A stretch of 64,000 nt of DNA, taken from assembly GCA_965228855.1 (NCBI GenBank), contig CBDDIJ010000003.1, forward strand, positions 352,001-416,000. The letters run 5' to 3'. The notes under the pieces are model-generated. The model worked only from the letters and a program-made list of their open reading frames with translations. It had not been told where the DNA came from and did no database searches. This document shows positions 42,024-51,680 of this stretch, one piece after another; the first letter of the stretch is position 1; the number at the start of each line of letters is the position of its first letter. A program made the position numbers and the translations under genes. This stretch comes from Candidatus Obscuribacterales bacterium (GTDB taxonomy: Bacteria > Cyanobacteriota > Vampirovibrionia > Obscuribacterales > Obscuribacteraceae).

Positions 42024-43843
42024 CCGTAACTGGTTGTCGTGTCTGCAGGTGTTTGCCGGCATCGTTTCTTCATCCATGAATCGATAGAATCAATCACAGC
42101 TATGTCCGGTTGCGCGTTTTCAAACATGAGGTGCTCACTAAGTCCGAGCACCATAATGGATTTGTCCTCGCAATTCACCGCTTCGAATAGCTCGAAAGTG
42201 CCTCTGGGTTTGACGAGACGGTCCTTCAGCCCTTGCAGCATGAGAACAGGAACATCTTTTATCTGCTCCGCTCGCCGTTTGGTCGTCCGCATGAAAACCG
42301 AGAATTTGATTAGTTCTACTGGCGAAAGATTGAGTTTCGCTTTGGGATCATGGGCCCACTTTACTCTTGCTTCTTCGTTGGAAGTGGCTCTCTCCGCGAC
42401 ATAATCACCGACGTCGAATGGTCGTTTCGGATCGATGATAAAGTGCATCGCTGTCTGCAGCGACATCCTCTTCTCTTGAAACCGCTCTGCAGAGGGCACT
42501 GATGAAATCACGCCATTGATTTCATTCCCAAGTTTGGCGGCGGCGCGCACGGCAATTGCTCCGCCCATCGACTCTCCGAGGATGAAAACGGGAATGCCTG
42601 GATTTTTGTTTTTGACAATTTTGACCAGGTTTTCAATGTCCTCAAGGCACTGCTCATAGTCGAGCTCTTCTTCTCCTCGTGTTTGAATCCATGCGCCAAA
42701 ACCGCGGACATCGAGCGCGCCTACCAGATATCCGCGTTCTGTCAGCTTTTTAGCCGTGTGCATAAAGGCTCGGTTTTCTAATCCCAAACCGTGAATGCAT
42801 ATGACCGCGGCTATTGGCTTGTTCTTTGGGTGCCACGAGATCACCGGCAGTGTTTTAATCCTGAAATCGTTGCCTGCCCAGGCGATTTCAGCTGGAGACT
42901 TCGGATTGAGCGCTTGAACGTATGAAACTCTGAAGATTTCTGCAAGCTGCTCGTATTCCGGAATTTCCCCGACGGCTTCAAGTGTGGCTCTGATCATCAT
43001 TATCTGGGAAAGCAGATTGTAAGCGTTCTTCTGCGCCTCTTCGAACTCTTTCGGTTTTGTGCCCCAGCGCTTGAGAATTTCCGACAGCTGCAACATCGCC
43101 CATGAATAGTTGAGAACTGCAGGAATACCGCCTTCTGAAATCTGTGCTTTTGTCGAGTCAATAAGAGTGCGGCAATGTTTTTCTGCCGAATCGTACTCCT
43201 TCAGGTACATCTCACAGCCGACTACCGATTCGATGATTTCGCTGATGAGAACCGGCGGTACGTTGCTTTGTTTTTGAGAGAGAAACAGCGCCGTGTTATA
43301 TGCGGCCAGGGCAGACTTCAGATCGTGATTTTTGTAATGGCAGTCGCCGATTCGTTTTGTGATGAGAAGCTGGGTGCGCAGGTCTTCCGTACCGTACTTC
43401 TCGTACAGGTTCTGTGTCTCGTTTAAATACTTTATTGCATTGCTGTATTTCTCGTTATGAGCCTCATATGCACCAAGAAAGTAAGTGACATCAGGATCAA
43501 TTTTGCCTGCTTTCTTTTGCTCAGTGTATGCTTTCTGAAGCAGGTCCCTTGCTTCATCGCTCTTCTTGTTCAAAATCAGGTTCAACGCCTGCCCTGTGAC
43601 GGACGATGAGTCAAAAGGAATTGGAAGCGATGTTGTTTCCTTGTTCTTTATATTCGGGATGAAATTATCTCGTCTATTTGCATGATTGGATTCCGGCGCT
43701 GAATCGCTTCGCAGCGGCTCCGCAGCGGAAGGTGCCGGAGACTGCATGACGGGCTGTTCTTCAGCGGTAGCCTGCGCAAAAGCAGTCGTTTGTGATGCCA
43801 AAGTGATAGCAGCCAGGATAGCAGCGCACGATTTCTTGTTCAC
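42014..43843 (-). CDS. Secreted TPR + alpha/beta hydrolase (lysophospholipase-like) protein
   Basis: Signal peptide, TPR region, then IHGLG, DVRGFG, GESMGG (catalytic Ser), QG.KD, EHL. Confidence 0.88.
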   Translation of the reverse strand: MNKKSCAAILAAITLASQTTAFAQATAEEQPVMQSPAPSAAEPLRSDSAPESNHANRRDNFIPNIKNKETTSLPIPFDSSSVTGQALNLILNKKSDEARDLLQKAYTEQKKAGKIDPDVTYFLGAYEAHNEKYSNAIKYLNETQNLYEKYGTEDLRTQLLITKRIGDCHYKNHDLKSALAAYNTALFLSQKQSNVPPVLISEIIESVVGCEMYLKEYDSAEKHCRTLIDSTKAQISEGGIPAVLNYSWAMLQLSEILKRWGTKPKEFEEAQKNAYNLLSQIMMIRATLEAVGEIPEYEQLAEIFRVSYVQALNPKSPAEIAWAGNDFRIKTLPVISWHPKNKPIAAVICIHGLGLENRAFMHTAKKLTERGYLVGALDVRGFGAWIQTRGEEELDYEQCLEDIENLVKIVKNKNPGIPVFILGESMGGAIAVRAAAKLGNEINGVISSVPSAERFQEKRMSLQTAMHFIIDPKRPFDVGDYVAERATSNEEARVKWAHDPKAKLNLSPVELIKFSVFMRTTKRRAEQIKDVPVLMLQGLKDRLVKPRGTFELFEAVNCEDKSIMVLGLSEHLMFENAQPDIAVIDSIDSWMKKRCRQTPADTTTSYGYK

Positions 43844-43981
43844 TCTAAAATTCCCCGATTCGCTTTGAACGGCAGTTTATCAGGTGGTGCGAGTTGTTGT
43901 AATTGCTAAATACTCATGCGGAAAATCGGCGAATCACCGTAATTGCAGATTGCAGGCGATCTCGACAAGAGCATCAGGGTA

Positions 43982-46123
43982 TTAACGCTTCATGCTCAAA
44001 GAAATTCTCTTCCGCTCAACGTCGACTTGCATGACTGTGACATCGACTCGCTGGTGAACCTTAACAACGTCAGCTGGATTCTTGACGAACTTATTCGCAA
44101 GTTCGCTAACATGAACAAGACCATCTTGATGCACGCCGATATCGACGAAGGCACCGAATGCGGTGACGTTCGTAATCACTCCCGGAAGTTTCATACCCTC
44201 CCGCAAGTCTTCTAACTTATTGACGCCTTCTTTGAATTGCATCGGAACTAGCTGTTCTCGGGGATCTCTGCCCGGCTTCTCCAGCTCTTGCATGATGTCC
44301 TGCAGTGTCGGCAGACCGACCGTGTCGGAAACATACTGGTTCAGATCAATCCGCTTGCGAACTTCGGAGTTTGACATCAGGTCTTTGACATTTTGAGAAA
44401 GATCCTTGGCCATCTTTTCCACTAGCGCGTACCTCTCAGGATGAACCGCGCTCGAGTCCAACGGATTTGAAGCGTTTCTAATCCTCAGAAATCCGGCGCA
44501 TTGCTCGAAGGCTTTAGCTCCTAGTCTGGCCACTTTCTTGATTTCGCTTCGCGATTTGAAAGGTCCGTTTTCAGCCCTGTGTTTGACTATGTTTCCGGCA
44601 AGCTGCGGACCGAGACCGGAAACATATGAAAGTAATTCTTTGCTTGCTGTATTTAACTCCACACCCACGGAGTTTACGCAACTGGAAACAGTGTCGTCCA
44701 GGCTGGCTTGCAGCGCGGGTTGGTCTACATCGTGCTGATACTGACCGACGCCGATAGATTTTGGGTCGATTTTGACTAGCTCTGCAAGTGGATCGAGCAG
44801 GCGTCGTCCAATTGAAATGGCACCGCGGACGGTGACATCATGATCGGGGAACTCGTTTCTGGCCACTTCTGAAGCTGAATATATCGACGCTCCGCTTTCA
44901 TTTACCAGCACTACAGGCGGTGCTGTAACCCCGGCTGACTTGTAATCAATTCCTTTGAGAAACGCTTCCGATTCCCTGCTGGCAGTACCGTTTCCGAGGG
45001 CGATTGCTTCTACCTCGAATCGTCTGATCAGGTCCAAGATCTTTGCCTCTGATTCCGCTACCCGTTTATTCTCATGCGGATAAATCACATCGTGATGTTT
45101 CAATTCTCCCTGGCGATTGAGGCAAACAATTTTGCAACCTGTTCGAAATCCAGGGTCAACGGCCAGGACAACTTTGTCTCCGAGCGGCGGAGACATCAAT
45201 AGCTCTCTCAGATTAGTGGTGAAAACTTTGATCGCCTCAGCATCTGATCGGTCTTTCAAATAATTGCGAACTTCAGTTTCCATCGACGGAGCAAGTAGTC
45301 TTTTGTAAGCGTCTAGAATTGCTTTGTTCATTTCAATTCCGCTTTGACTGCGAGCCTGCTGCAAGAACTTTGCTTCTACAATGGTTAGCGCTGCAGCTTC
45401 ATCAACATCTATTTCAGCCTTTAGCAACCCTTCGTTTTCCCCTCGCAGAATCGCGAGCATTCGGTGTGAAGGTATTGTCGTTACAGCCTCCGAGTATGCA
45501 AAGTAGTCTTTGAACTTTGCCGCCTCGGCTTCTTTCCCTTTTGCCAACTTCGAGTACACTACCGCCTTTTGCATCCACAACTTTCGCAGCGACTTTCTCG
45601 TGCTGTCGTCTTCGGCGATCCACTCGGCTATGATGTCGCGTGCCCCGGCAAGCGCATCGTCTGTGGTGGCAACGCCCTTCTCCTCGTTTACGAACTCTTT
45701 CGCCGCTTCTTGCGTATTAGAGCATTTGTACTCGAAAATCATTTTGGCGAGCGGTTCCAACCCTTTCTCTCGGGCTGCTGATGCGCGCGTTTTTCGTTTC
45801 ACTCTGAAAGGGAAGTAAACATCTTCGAGTTCTGCGAGCGTTTGAACAGCGTCAAGTTTTTTGCTCAGTTCGTCTGTCAGCAAGTTACGTTCGGTCAATG
45901 ACGATAAGATCGACTCTTTGCGTTTATCAAAATCGGCGAGGCGTTGCGCCAGATCCCGAATATTTTGAATCGCCACTTCGTCGAGACTGCCTGTGGCCTC
46001 CTTTCGATAGCGAGCGATAAACGGTATGGTGCAGCCATCCTCAAGTAGGGATATTGTTGCGGCGACAGAGCGATGAGGAATTCCGAGTTCGCTTGCGATG
46101 CGGTTGCCGTGTTCGTTGGTCAT
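43982..46123 (-). CDS. tex: Tex family RNA-binding transcriptional accessory protein (S1 domain)
   Basis: TIPFIARYRKEATG, DPGFRTGCK, GNGTASRE, ESGASIYSAS, GVGQYQHD, FGAFVDIGVHQDGLVH. Confidence 0.96.
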   Translation of the reverse strand: MTNEHGNRIASELGIPHRSVAATISLLEDGCTIPFIARYRKEATGSLDEVAIQNIRDLAQRLADFDKRKESILSSLTERNLLTDELSKKLDAVQTLAELEDVYFPFRVKRKTRASAAREKGLEPLAKMIFEYKCSNTQEAAKEFVNEEKGVATTDDALAGARDIIAEWIAEDDSTRKSLRKLWMQKAVVYSKLAKGKEAEAAKFKDYFAYSEAVTTIPSHRMLAILRGENEGLLKAEIDVDEAAALTIVEAKFLQQARSQSGIEMNKAILDAYKRLLAPSMETEVRNYLKDRSDAEAIKVFTTNLRELLMSPPLGDKVVLAVDPGFRTGCKIVCLNRQGELKHHDVIYPHENKRVAESEAKILDLIRRFEVEAIALGNGTASRESEAFLKGIDYKSAGVTAPPVVLVNESGASIYSASEVARNEFPDHDVTVRGAISIGRRLLDPLAELVKIDPKSIGVGQYQHDVDQPALQASLDDTVSSCVNSVGVELNTASKELLSYVSGLGPQLAGNIVKHRAENGPFKSRSEIKKVARLGAKAFEQCAGFLRIRNASNPLDSSAVHPERYALVEKMAKDLSQNVKDLMSNSEVRKRIDLNQYVSDTVGLPTLQDIMQELEKPGRDPREQLVPMQFKEGVNKLEDLREGMKLPGVITNVTAFGAFVDIGVHQDGLVHVSELANKFVKNPADVVKVHQRVDVTVMQVDVERKRISLSMKR

Positions 46124-46368
46124 TGCCTTATCCCTGGTAAAGTTCGCCGGGTAGTCTACCACCCATGGCAAGGGCTTTCGTTAATGGGTTGGAGCACTGT
46201 CTGACAAAGGTTTCGGGGGGGCGAGAACGGTTTTGCCCATGAAAGGGCAATTGGTGGCTGATTAAGTTTGGATATTGCGTACTTTCCCCACTTGTTTCCG
46301 CTTTCGCCGAACTTTATTATGAAGTCAAGCTCAATCTCTTCACTCGCTCTGCACGATTTGAGGTTTCT

Positions 46369-47868
46369 ATGACGGACAAACCGACTGTGTCGGACAAAAC
46401 CGACGTGGCACAAAAAGACACTGCGACCGACCCGAGTGCCGGTGCCCGTACCGAAGCTCAGACGTTGATGAAGGACAGCACCGCACCAGTGGCGGCGAAA
46501 TTAGACACCAGTGTCTGGCCTGATGTCGGTTTCACATTTGCCGATGTCCGCCCCTCGAGTTCTAAACCCGGTCCGGCTGAACCGAGTGCTGAACAGAAGG
46601 CTCAACCCGGACAGAGCCCCAACGTGGATAAGTGTGACGGCAATGAGGCGTTTCAAACACTCATAGACACCGCTGCCAGCTTGATCTACGACCCGAAAGA
46701 TTTAGGCGATCTCAACAAACTATATGAGCAGAACGCCTGCGTGCCCACGACTGCCGAAGCAGTGAAGCGTGCCGATGATGCCTTGAAAGTTGCAAAAGAC
46801 CCGTACACCGACATATTGCCCGGAAAAGAGGCGAACGATCTGAGGACCGCAATGGATGGGCATCTGATCGGCGTGGGTGTTCAAATCGGCAGACCGGAGT
46901 CAGCCCCAGGGAAGGAGCCGTTGAAGGCTGGACCAATCCAAATCCAGCGGGTTTATCCGAACAGTCCGGCTGAAGCGGCTGGGCTCAAGCGCGGCGACAT
47001 GATAACGTCTGTTGGCGGAGTCGATGTGAGCAAAATGAGTCCCGACGACGTCGCAGCAAAACTTCTACGCGGTGCGGAAGGCTCCGACGCAAGAGTACAG
47101 TTATTGCGAGATGGAAAGCCGATGGACTTCACCATGAAGCGAGCCGACTACTCCTTCCCGTCCGTCACTGACTCTAAAATCGGCGATTACGCCTACATCC
47201 GCCTTGAAGACCTTGGACAGAATGACTCTGCGGATGAATTGAAAGCAGCGCTTGAGAAACATCAAGATGCAAAAGGTTTCGTGCTAGATCTGCGTGATAA
47301 TCCTGGCGGATTGGTTCCAAATGCTTTGCTGGCTGCCAGTTTGATCATGGACAAAGGAGAGATTCTGAAAGTGCGTTCGCGGGTTCAGTCGGACCCCAGC
47401 GATCCTCAATATAATGTAGAGCGTTATTTCGTGACACCGACCGGTATCAAGGCGACGACTGAAGATCCGAACGAGCAACTCGGAGACCAGGAAGATGTTC
47501 GCATGAAAGACCTTGTGAATAAACCGCTTGTCGTTCTCACAAACGAGGGAACCGCCTCTGCTGCCGAAATTCTCGCCGGAGCTTTACACGATAATAAGGA
47601 AGCTGTCCTCATCGGTAATACCACTTTCGGCAAGGGCATCGGGCAGCAAGTGCTCGATGGCATGCCTGACGACAGCATTTTGAAGGTCACTAATTTTAGA
47701 TTTTTTACGCCAAACGGTCAGTGGATAGGCGACGGTCATGACCATAGAACTGGTATCGCCCCTGATATCAAAGTCGAGAATCCCAAATCAGCGGAATACG
47801 GTTCGCCCGCGGATGCGCAACTTAAAGCGGGCTTGAAGAAGCTCGACGAGCTGACTGGAAAGAACTGA
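46369..47868 (+). CDS. S41 family carboxy-terminal processing protease (PDZ + peptidase)
   Basis: DPYT, GVGV, SPAEAAGL PDZ, DLRDNPGG, TASAAEI, TFGKG, TPNG, GIAPD. Confidence 0.93.
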   Translation: MTDKPTVSDKTDVAQKDTATDPSAGARTEAQTLMKDSTAPVAAKLDTSVWPDVGFTFADVRPSSSKPGPAEPSAEQKAQPGQSPNVDKCDGNEAFQTLIDTAASLIYDPKDLGDLNKLYEQNACVPTTAEAVKRADDALKVAKDPYTDILPGKEANDLRTAMDGHLIGVGVQIGRPESAPGKEPLKAGPIQIQRVYPNSPAEAAGLKRGDMITSVGGVDVSKMSPDDVAAKLLRGAEGSDARVQLLRDGKPMDFTMKRADYSFPSVTDSKIGDYAYIRLEDLGQNDSADELKAALEKHQDAKGFVLDLRDNPGGLVPNALLAASLIMDKGEILKVRSRVQSDPSDPQYNVERYFVTPTGIKATTEDPNEQLGDQEDVRMKDLVNKPLVVLTNEGTASAAEILAGALHDNKEAVLIGNTTFGKGIGQQVLDGMPDDSILKVTNFRFFTPNGQWIGDGHDHRTGIAPDIKVENPKSAEYGSPADAQLKAGLKKLDELTGKN

Positions 47869-48209
47869 CCCGGACGAGGATGCTGAGCGCGAGCTCTCAA
47901 TCGAAAAAGATGAGGTGGCGCGAGCAATTGTCGTACTCGAACTATAGTGCATCCGAATCGGTCGATTGGGAATCGGATGCCTGGTGGAAAACATTGCCCC
48001 TGAAATCAGCTTGCCAGAACGCGTTATGCCGAAAAGCTTAGACCAGAAGATTGCTGCTGGCACGGTTGATAAGACAAACTGAAATTTCTGATCACCTTCT
48101 GGCAAAAAAATGTTCGGCTGTTGAGTCCTCTAAAAAGCGGGACACCCAAAAAAGAACAGGTGATTTCCGTTCCCCAAATTAAATCGACGGGCCATGTTCT
48201 TAATGAAAA

Positions 48210-48230
48210 TGGTGGAGGCGGCGAGAATCG
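48210..48230 (-). other. Isolated tmRNA-type (Ala identity) 3'-end fragment, probable att-site scar
   Basis: Minus strand reads CGATT-CTCGC-CGCCTCC-A-CCA: partial T-loop, T-stem 3' strand, acceptor strand with U70, and CCA. Similarity breaks inside the T-loop. Confidence 0.6.
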
Positions 48231-48726
48231 CGTTCGCGAAAATGAGGATTTGAAGGTCTATCAGCAGTCACTGAAATAGTAACTGTTACGCGAAAACTTT
48301 GTTGCCTCTAATCTGTTAATCGAGGTTTGAAGGTGTCTCTGGCCAGTCGAATGTGATCGAACCGTGATCAGAAAACGGCGTAATTGCCCATATTATGCTG
48401 GATCTTTACAATCCAAGCGGGTTTGGAGCGCGTTGTGAACTTGTGATCGCCCCCGTTCTGTGGGCGTTTCACCCACCTTGCGCCAATTACGTATTGGAGG
48501 TGAGTATTTCCACCACTTGCGATCACGTCACGATAACACTACGCTGTTATCGTTGAAACTGTGGAAATGGCAACCTCTCGCTGCTAGACCACTTCAATCT
48601 ACCGGAGAGTTTGGAACTCATATCGAGATCCGGTAGCAAACAAAAGACTGCAAAAGTCACTTATCGGGGAAGCGGTTCATTCTTCAATGAACGGCTTAGA
48701 GTGTGCGTGGACGCAGGAACACTATA

Positions 48727-50520
48727 ATGAAAACCATCGGAGACACTGGGATCGAAGCCGATTCCAAGGAAATAGCTGTCGTGACATCTAAGGAAACAGT
48801 TGTCGACACATCTAAGGAAACGGATGCGGAAACGAGGAAAGCGATAAGAGAAGCTGCTCTTAAGCGCGATGCGGATAAGCCACAAAATGGTCTCGCAGGG
48901 CTCCAACACTGGCGCCACGACATGATGGCAGGTCTGATTGTAGCTCTCGTGTCAGTGCCACTTTCACTTGGTATCGCGCTCGCCTCGGGCGCCCCGCCAA
49001 TATGCGGTCTGACTTCCGAAATTATCGCAGGTTTGATTTTCCCGCTTCTCGGCGGTGCGTATGTAACTATCAGCGGTCCAGCAGCGGGTCTAGCTCCGGT
49101 GCTCTATTCGAGTATTGCAGCGCTCGGTAATGGTGATATGGAGAAGGGTTATCACCTCGTTCTCGGCATCATTATGTTTGCCGGTTTCACACAAATAGCT
49201 CTGACTAAGTTGAACGCCGCGAAGTTTAGTTACTTGATTCCGAAATCGGCTATCCATGGGATGCTTGCCGCAATCGGCTTGATGATCATCGCAAAGCAGA
49301 TTCCAAACTTCATCGGTCATAAATACGAGGCGCATGAATTTTTCGGATACATCGCAGAAACACCTTCTCATATATCAAATATGAATTTATCAGTGTTCGC
49401 GATCTCGATAGTTTGTCTTGCCGTCCTACTGTTCCTTCCTAAGGTAAAGAACAAGTTTGTGAAGCTGATTCCGCCCCACCTTGCTGTGGTTCTCCTAGGA
49501 ATCGGACTTGGGCAACTATGTCACCTGGACCCTAAATTCCTGGTCGCGATCCCGCAAAATCCGCTGGAACACGGTTTTGTTTTCCCTGATTTCGCCGGAC
49601 TGTTTGCGTCGCCCACGATGATTCCCACTATCGTGCTGTGCGTGTTCGCGTTGACCTTTGTTGATGGTACCGAGTCCCTGGCTACGATTCATGCGATTGA
49701 CCAGATCGACCCTTTCCATAGAAAGTCCAACCCTCACCGCACACTGTTCGCGATGGGTGTATCTAACATCTTTTCCAGCTTGATTGGTGGATTGACTATT
49801 ATCCCCGGAGCGATCAAGTCTACAACCAACATTCTTGCCGGTGGCAGAACCGCGTGGGTCAACTTCTACAACGCATTGTTCCTGATCGCGTTTCTCCTGT
49901 TCTTCAACGGACTGATGTCGATGATTCCAATCGCGACACTATCCGCGGTGCTGGTGCACATCGGTTACAAGCTCGCCGGTCCGGAAAAGTGGCAGCGCCA
50001 GATTGACCTTGGCTGGCAGCAACTGGCTGTTTTCTCTACAGTCGTTCTCGTCACCGTCACATCAGACCTTCTGGTCGGGATCTTCTGCGGTATATTAGCG
50101 AAAGTCGCAATTCTGATGTTCTACTCGTTGCGTTGCAGTGAGGCGAAACGCCGTTATGCTTCGTTCGGGAAGCACCTTGTACACAGCTTCACTTCTATAT
50201 TCAAGAACCCGATCGCGCAAGTCGTCGACCTTGATAACGACATCACGGAAGTTCACTTCGGCGGTCCGGTCACTTGCTTCAACAATCTGTCTGTGAGAAA
50301 CACTCTCGACGGTTTGGTCGCCAAACACAAGAGCGTGCGCTTGATCTTTGACCCTTCCGTCAAAATTGTCGACCACAGCAGCACCGTGTATCTCAAGTCT
50401 TTCGTCGCTGATTGCAAGCGCGCCGGTCTGGTCAACGTGGATATCCGCGGACTGGACCGCCTCTGTGCCTGCGGCCACGACGAAGACTCACTTCGCTATC
50501 GCGTGGCGATTACGCACTAG
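48727..50520 (+). CDS. SulP family inorganic anion transporter
   Basis: DMMAGLIVALVSVPLSLGIALASG, ISGPAAGL, ESLAT, STAS-like C-terminus. Confidence 0.93.
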   Translation: MKTIGDTGIEADSKEIAVVTSKETVVDTSKETDAETRKAIREAALKRDADKPQNGLAGLQHWRHDMMAGLIVALVSVPLSLGIALASGAPPICGLTSEIIAGLIFPLLGGAYVTISGPAAGLAPVLYSSIAALGNGDMEKGYHLVLGIIMFAGFTQIALTKLNAAKFSYLIPKSAIHGMLAAIGLMIIAKQIPNFIGHKYEAHEFFGYIAETPSHISNMNLSVFAISIVCLAVLLFLPKVKNKFVKLIPPHLAVVLLGIGLGQLCHLDPKFLVAIPQNPLEHGFVFPDFAGLFASPTMIPTIVLCVFALTFVDGTESLATIHAIDQIDPFHRKSNPHRTLFAMGVSNIFSSLIGGLTIIPGAIKSTTNILAGGRTAWVNFYNALFLIAFLLFFNGLMSMIPIATLSAVLVHIGYKLAGPEKWQRQIDLGWQQLAVFSTVVLVTVTSDLLVGIFCGILAKVAILMFYSLRCSEAKRRYASFGKHLVHSFTSIFKNPIAQVVDLDNDITEVHFGGPVTCFNNLSVRNTLDGLVAKHKSVRLIFDPSVKIVDHSSTVYLKSFVADCKRAGLVNVDIRGLDRLCACGHDEDSLRYRVAITH

Positions 50521-50696
50521 GTTAGACGAGCTCAGAGAATTCATGGGCGGGTCGTAGGAAGCTCCCCAAAAAACTAGGTCGGTCTTTACGCCCGTCGAGC
50601 TGAAAGAGAATGCAGATGTCTCAAGGTGTACCCGATACTAGACCGCTCAGACCTGTCCAGAATAGGTGCCGCATTTCATGTTGAGCCTTATGGAAA

Positions 50697-50939
50697 CTAT
50701 GCCCAGCTCCGAATCTCTATGAACCGCTCTTTGGCTTTGGTTGAGACTGCGTCCCAATCATTTCGTCGAGGTTTGACTTTCAATTCAGTGATAAGCCAAC
50801 GAATAACGTCTTCCAGGGCGACTCTACCCGACGGAATATGTTTCCGCTGCAAATCCAGTAACAAAAAACGTTTATCGTCTTTCGCGTACGCATGAATATG
50901 GGGATACAGAATCGGATCTTCTGTAAGATCGGCGGTGCC
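50697..50939 (-). pseudogene. Start-less remnant of a conserved-looking hypothetical gene
   Basis: 81 open codons bounded upstream by TGA, with no start codon near the 5' end: ...YPHIHAY...LDLQRKHIPSGRVALEDVIRWLITELKVKPRRNDW...RSWA*. Confidence 0.45.
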
Positions 50940-50974
50940 TCAGCCGAAACCTTGCAGCTATGGGCACTGCTTAG

Positions 50975-51583
50975 CTAGTCCAAGTAGAATTCTCGAAATT
51001 GTTTTTGAATCTTCTGCAGCTCTTTAGCTCGCTGATTTTCAGGTAGAGCGAGAACTTCCTCGGCGCGCTTCCTGACGCCGTCTACCATCTCCGGGTCCAA
51101 CTTCGCTTTACGCAGAGCCTCCGCGGACTCCCTGTTGTCGGTTTTCAGTGGATTCATGCCGTCGTACATTTGTTTCATCATGCCCAAGATCTGCTGTTGC
51201 TCGCCAGCCGGGCGGTTCGCCAAATCCGTGGCAACGCCTTCGATTGCCTTTGCGAGTTTAGGTTCAAAAGCTCGTAACGCGCGCATATCAGCGCCGGGAC
51301 CGTGACCCTTGAATGATATGGTTTCGGCGAGATTATTGCTGACGCCTTCTTTATCCAGCTGTTTCGGCTCACCTTGCTGGGTTTTGTCGGCTTGCTCGAC
51401 AGTGGTTTTCCACTGTACCTCAGTTACGGCAGCACTTCCGGCTGGTTGATTCAACTTCTGGATATCGCCGAGGGAACTAGCAGCGAGTACCAGATTGTCG
51501 GTCGAGCCTGCGCCCGCAGTCCCCTTCTCTGCTGCTGCATCTGTGTGTGCGCTCACTGCGCCGTCGCCATGTTTGCCAGCCAT
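50975..51583 (-). CDS. Hypothetical protein
   Basis: 202 aa ORF with GGAG RBS and coding-like composition. Confidence 0.7.
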   Translation of the reverse strand: MAGKHGDGAVSAHTDAAAEKGTAGAGSTDNLVLAASSLGDIQKLNQPAGSAAVTEVQWKTTVEQADKTQQGEPKQLDKEGVSNNLAETISFKGHGPGADMRALRAFEPKLAKAIEGVATDLANRPAGEQQQILGMMKQMYDGMNPLKTDNRESAEALRKAKLDPEMVDGVRKRAEEVLALPENQRAKELQKIQKQFREFYLD

Positions 51584-51680
51584 ACTCGTTGCTCCAATGT
51601 TCGAAACTTCTTTCCGAATACATTAAACCAAGATCGGGCGCTCGATAAACCCTGTCACCGGTTTCCAGACCTGCCGGCGG

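Noticed and set aside
48210..48454. Possible intact tmRNA (GGGGGCG at 48454-48448 on the minus strand could pair with CGCCTCC)
   Set aside because: It would be only about 245 nt, the T-arm is broken (no GTTCGA), and there is no convincing tag ORF ending in Ala-Ala. Treated as a 3' fragment only.
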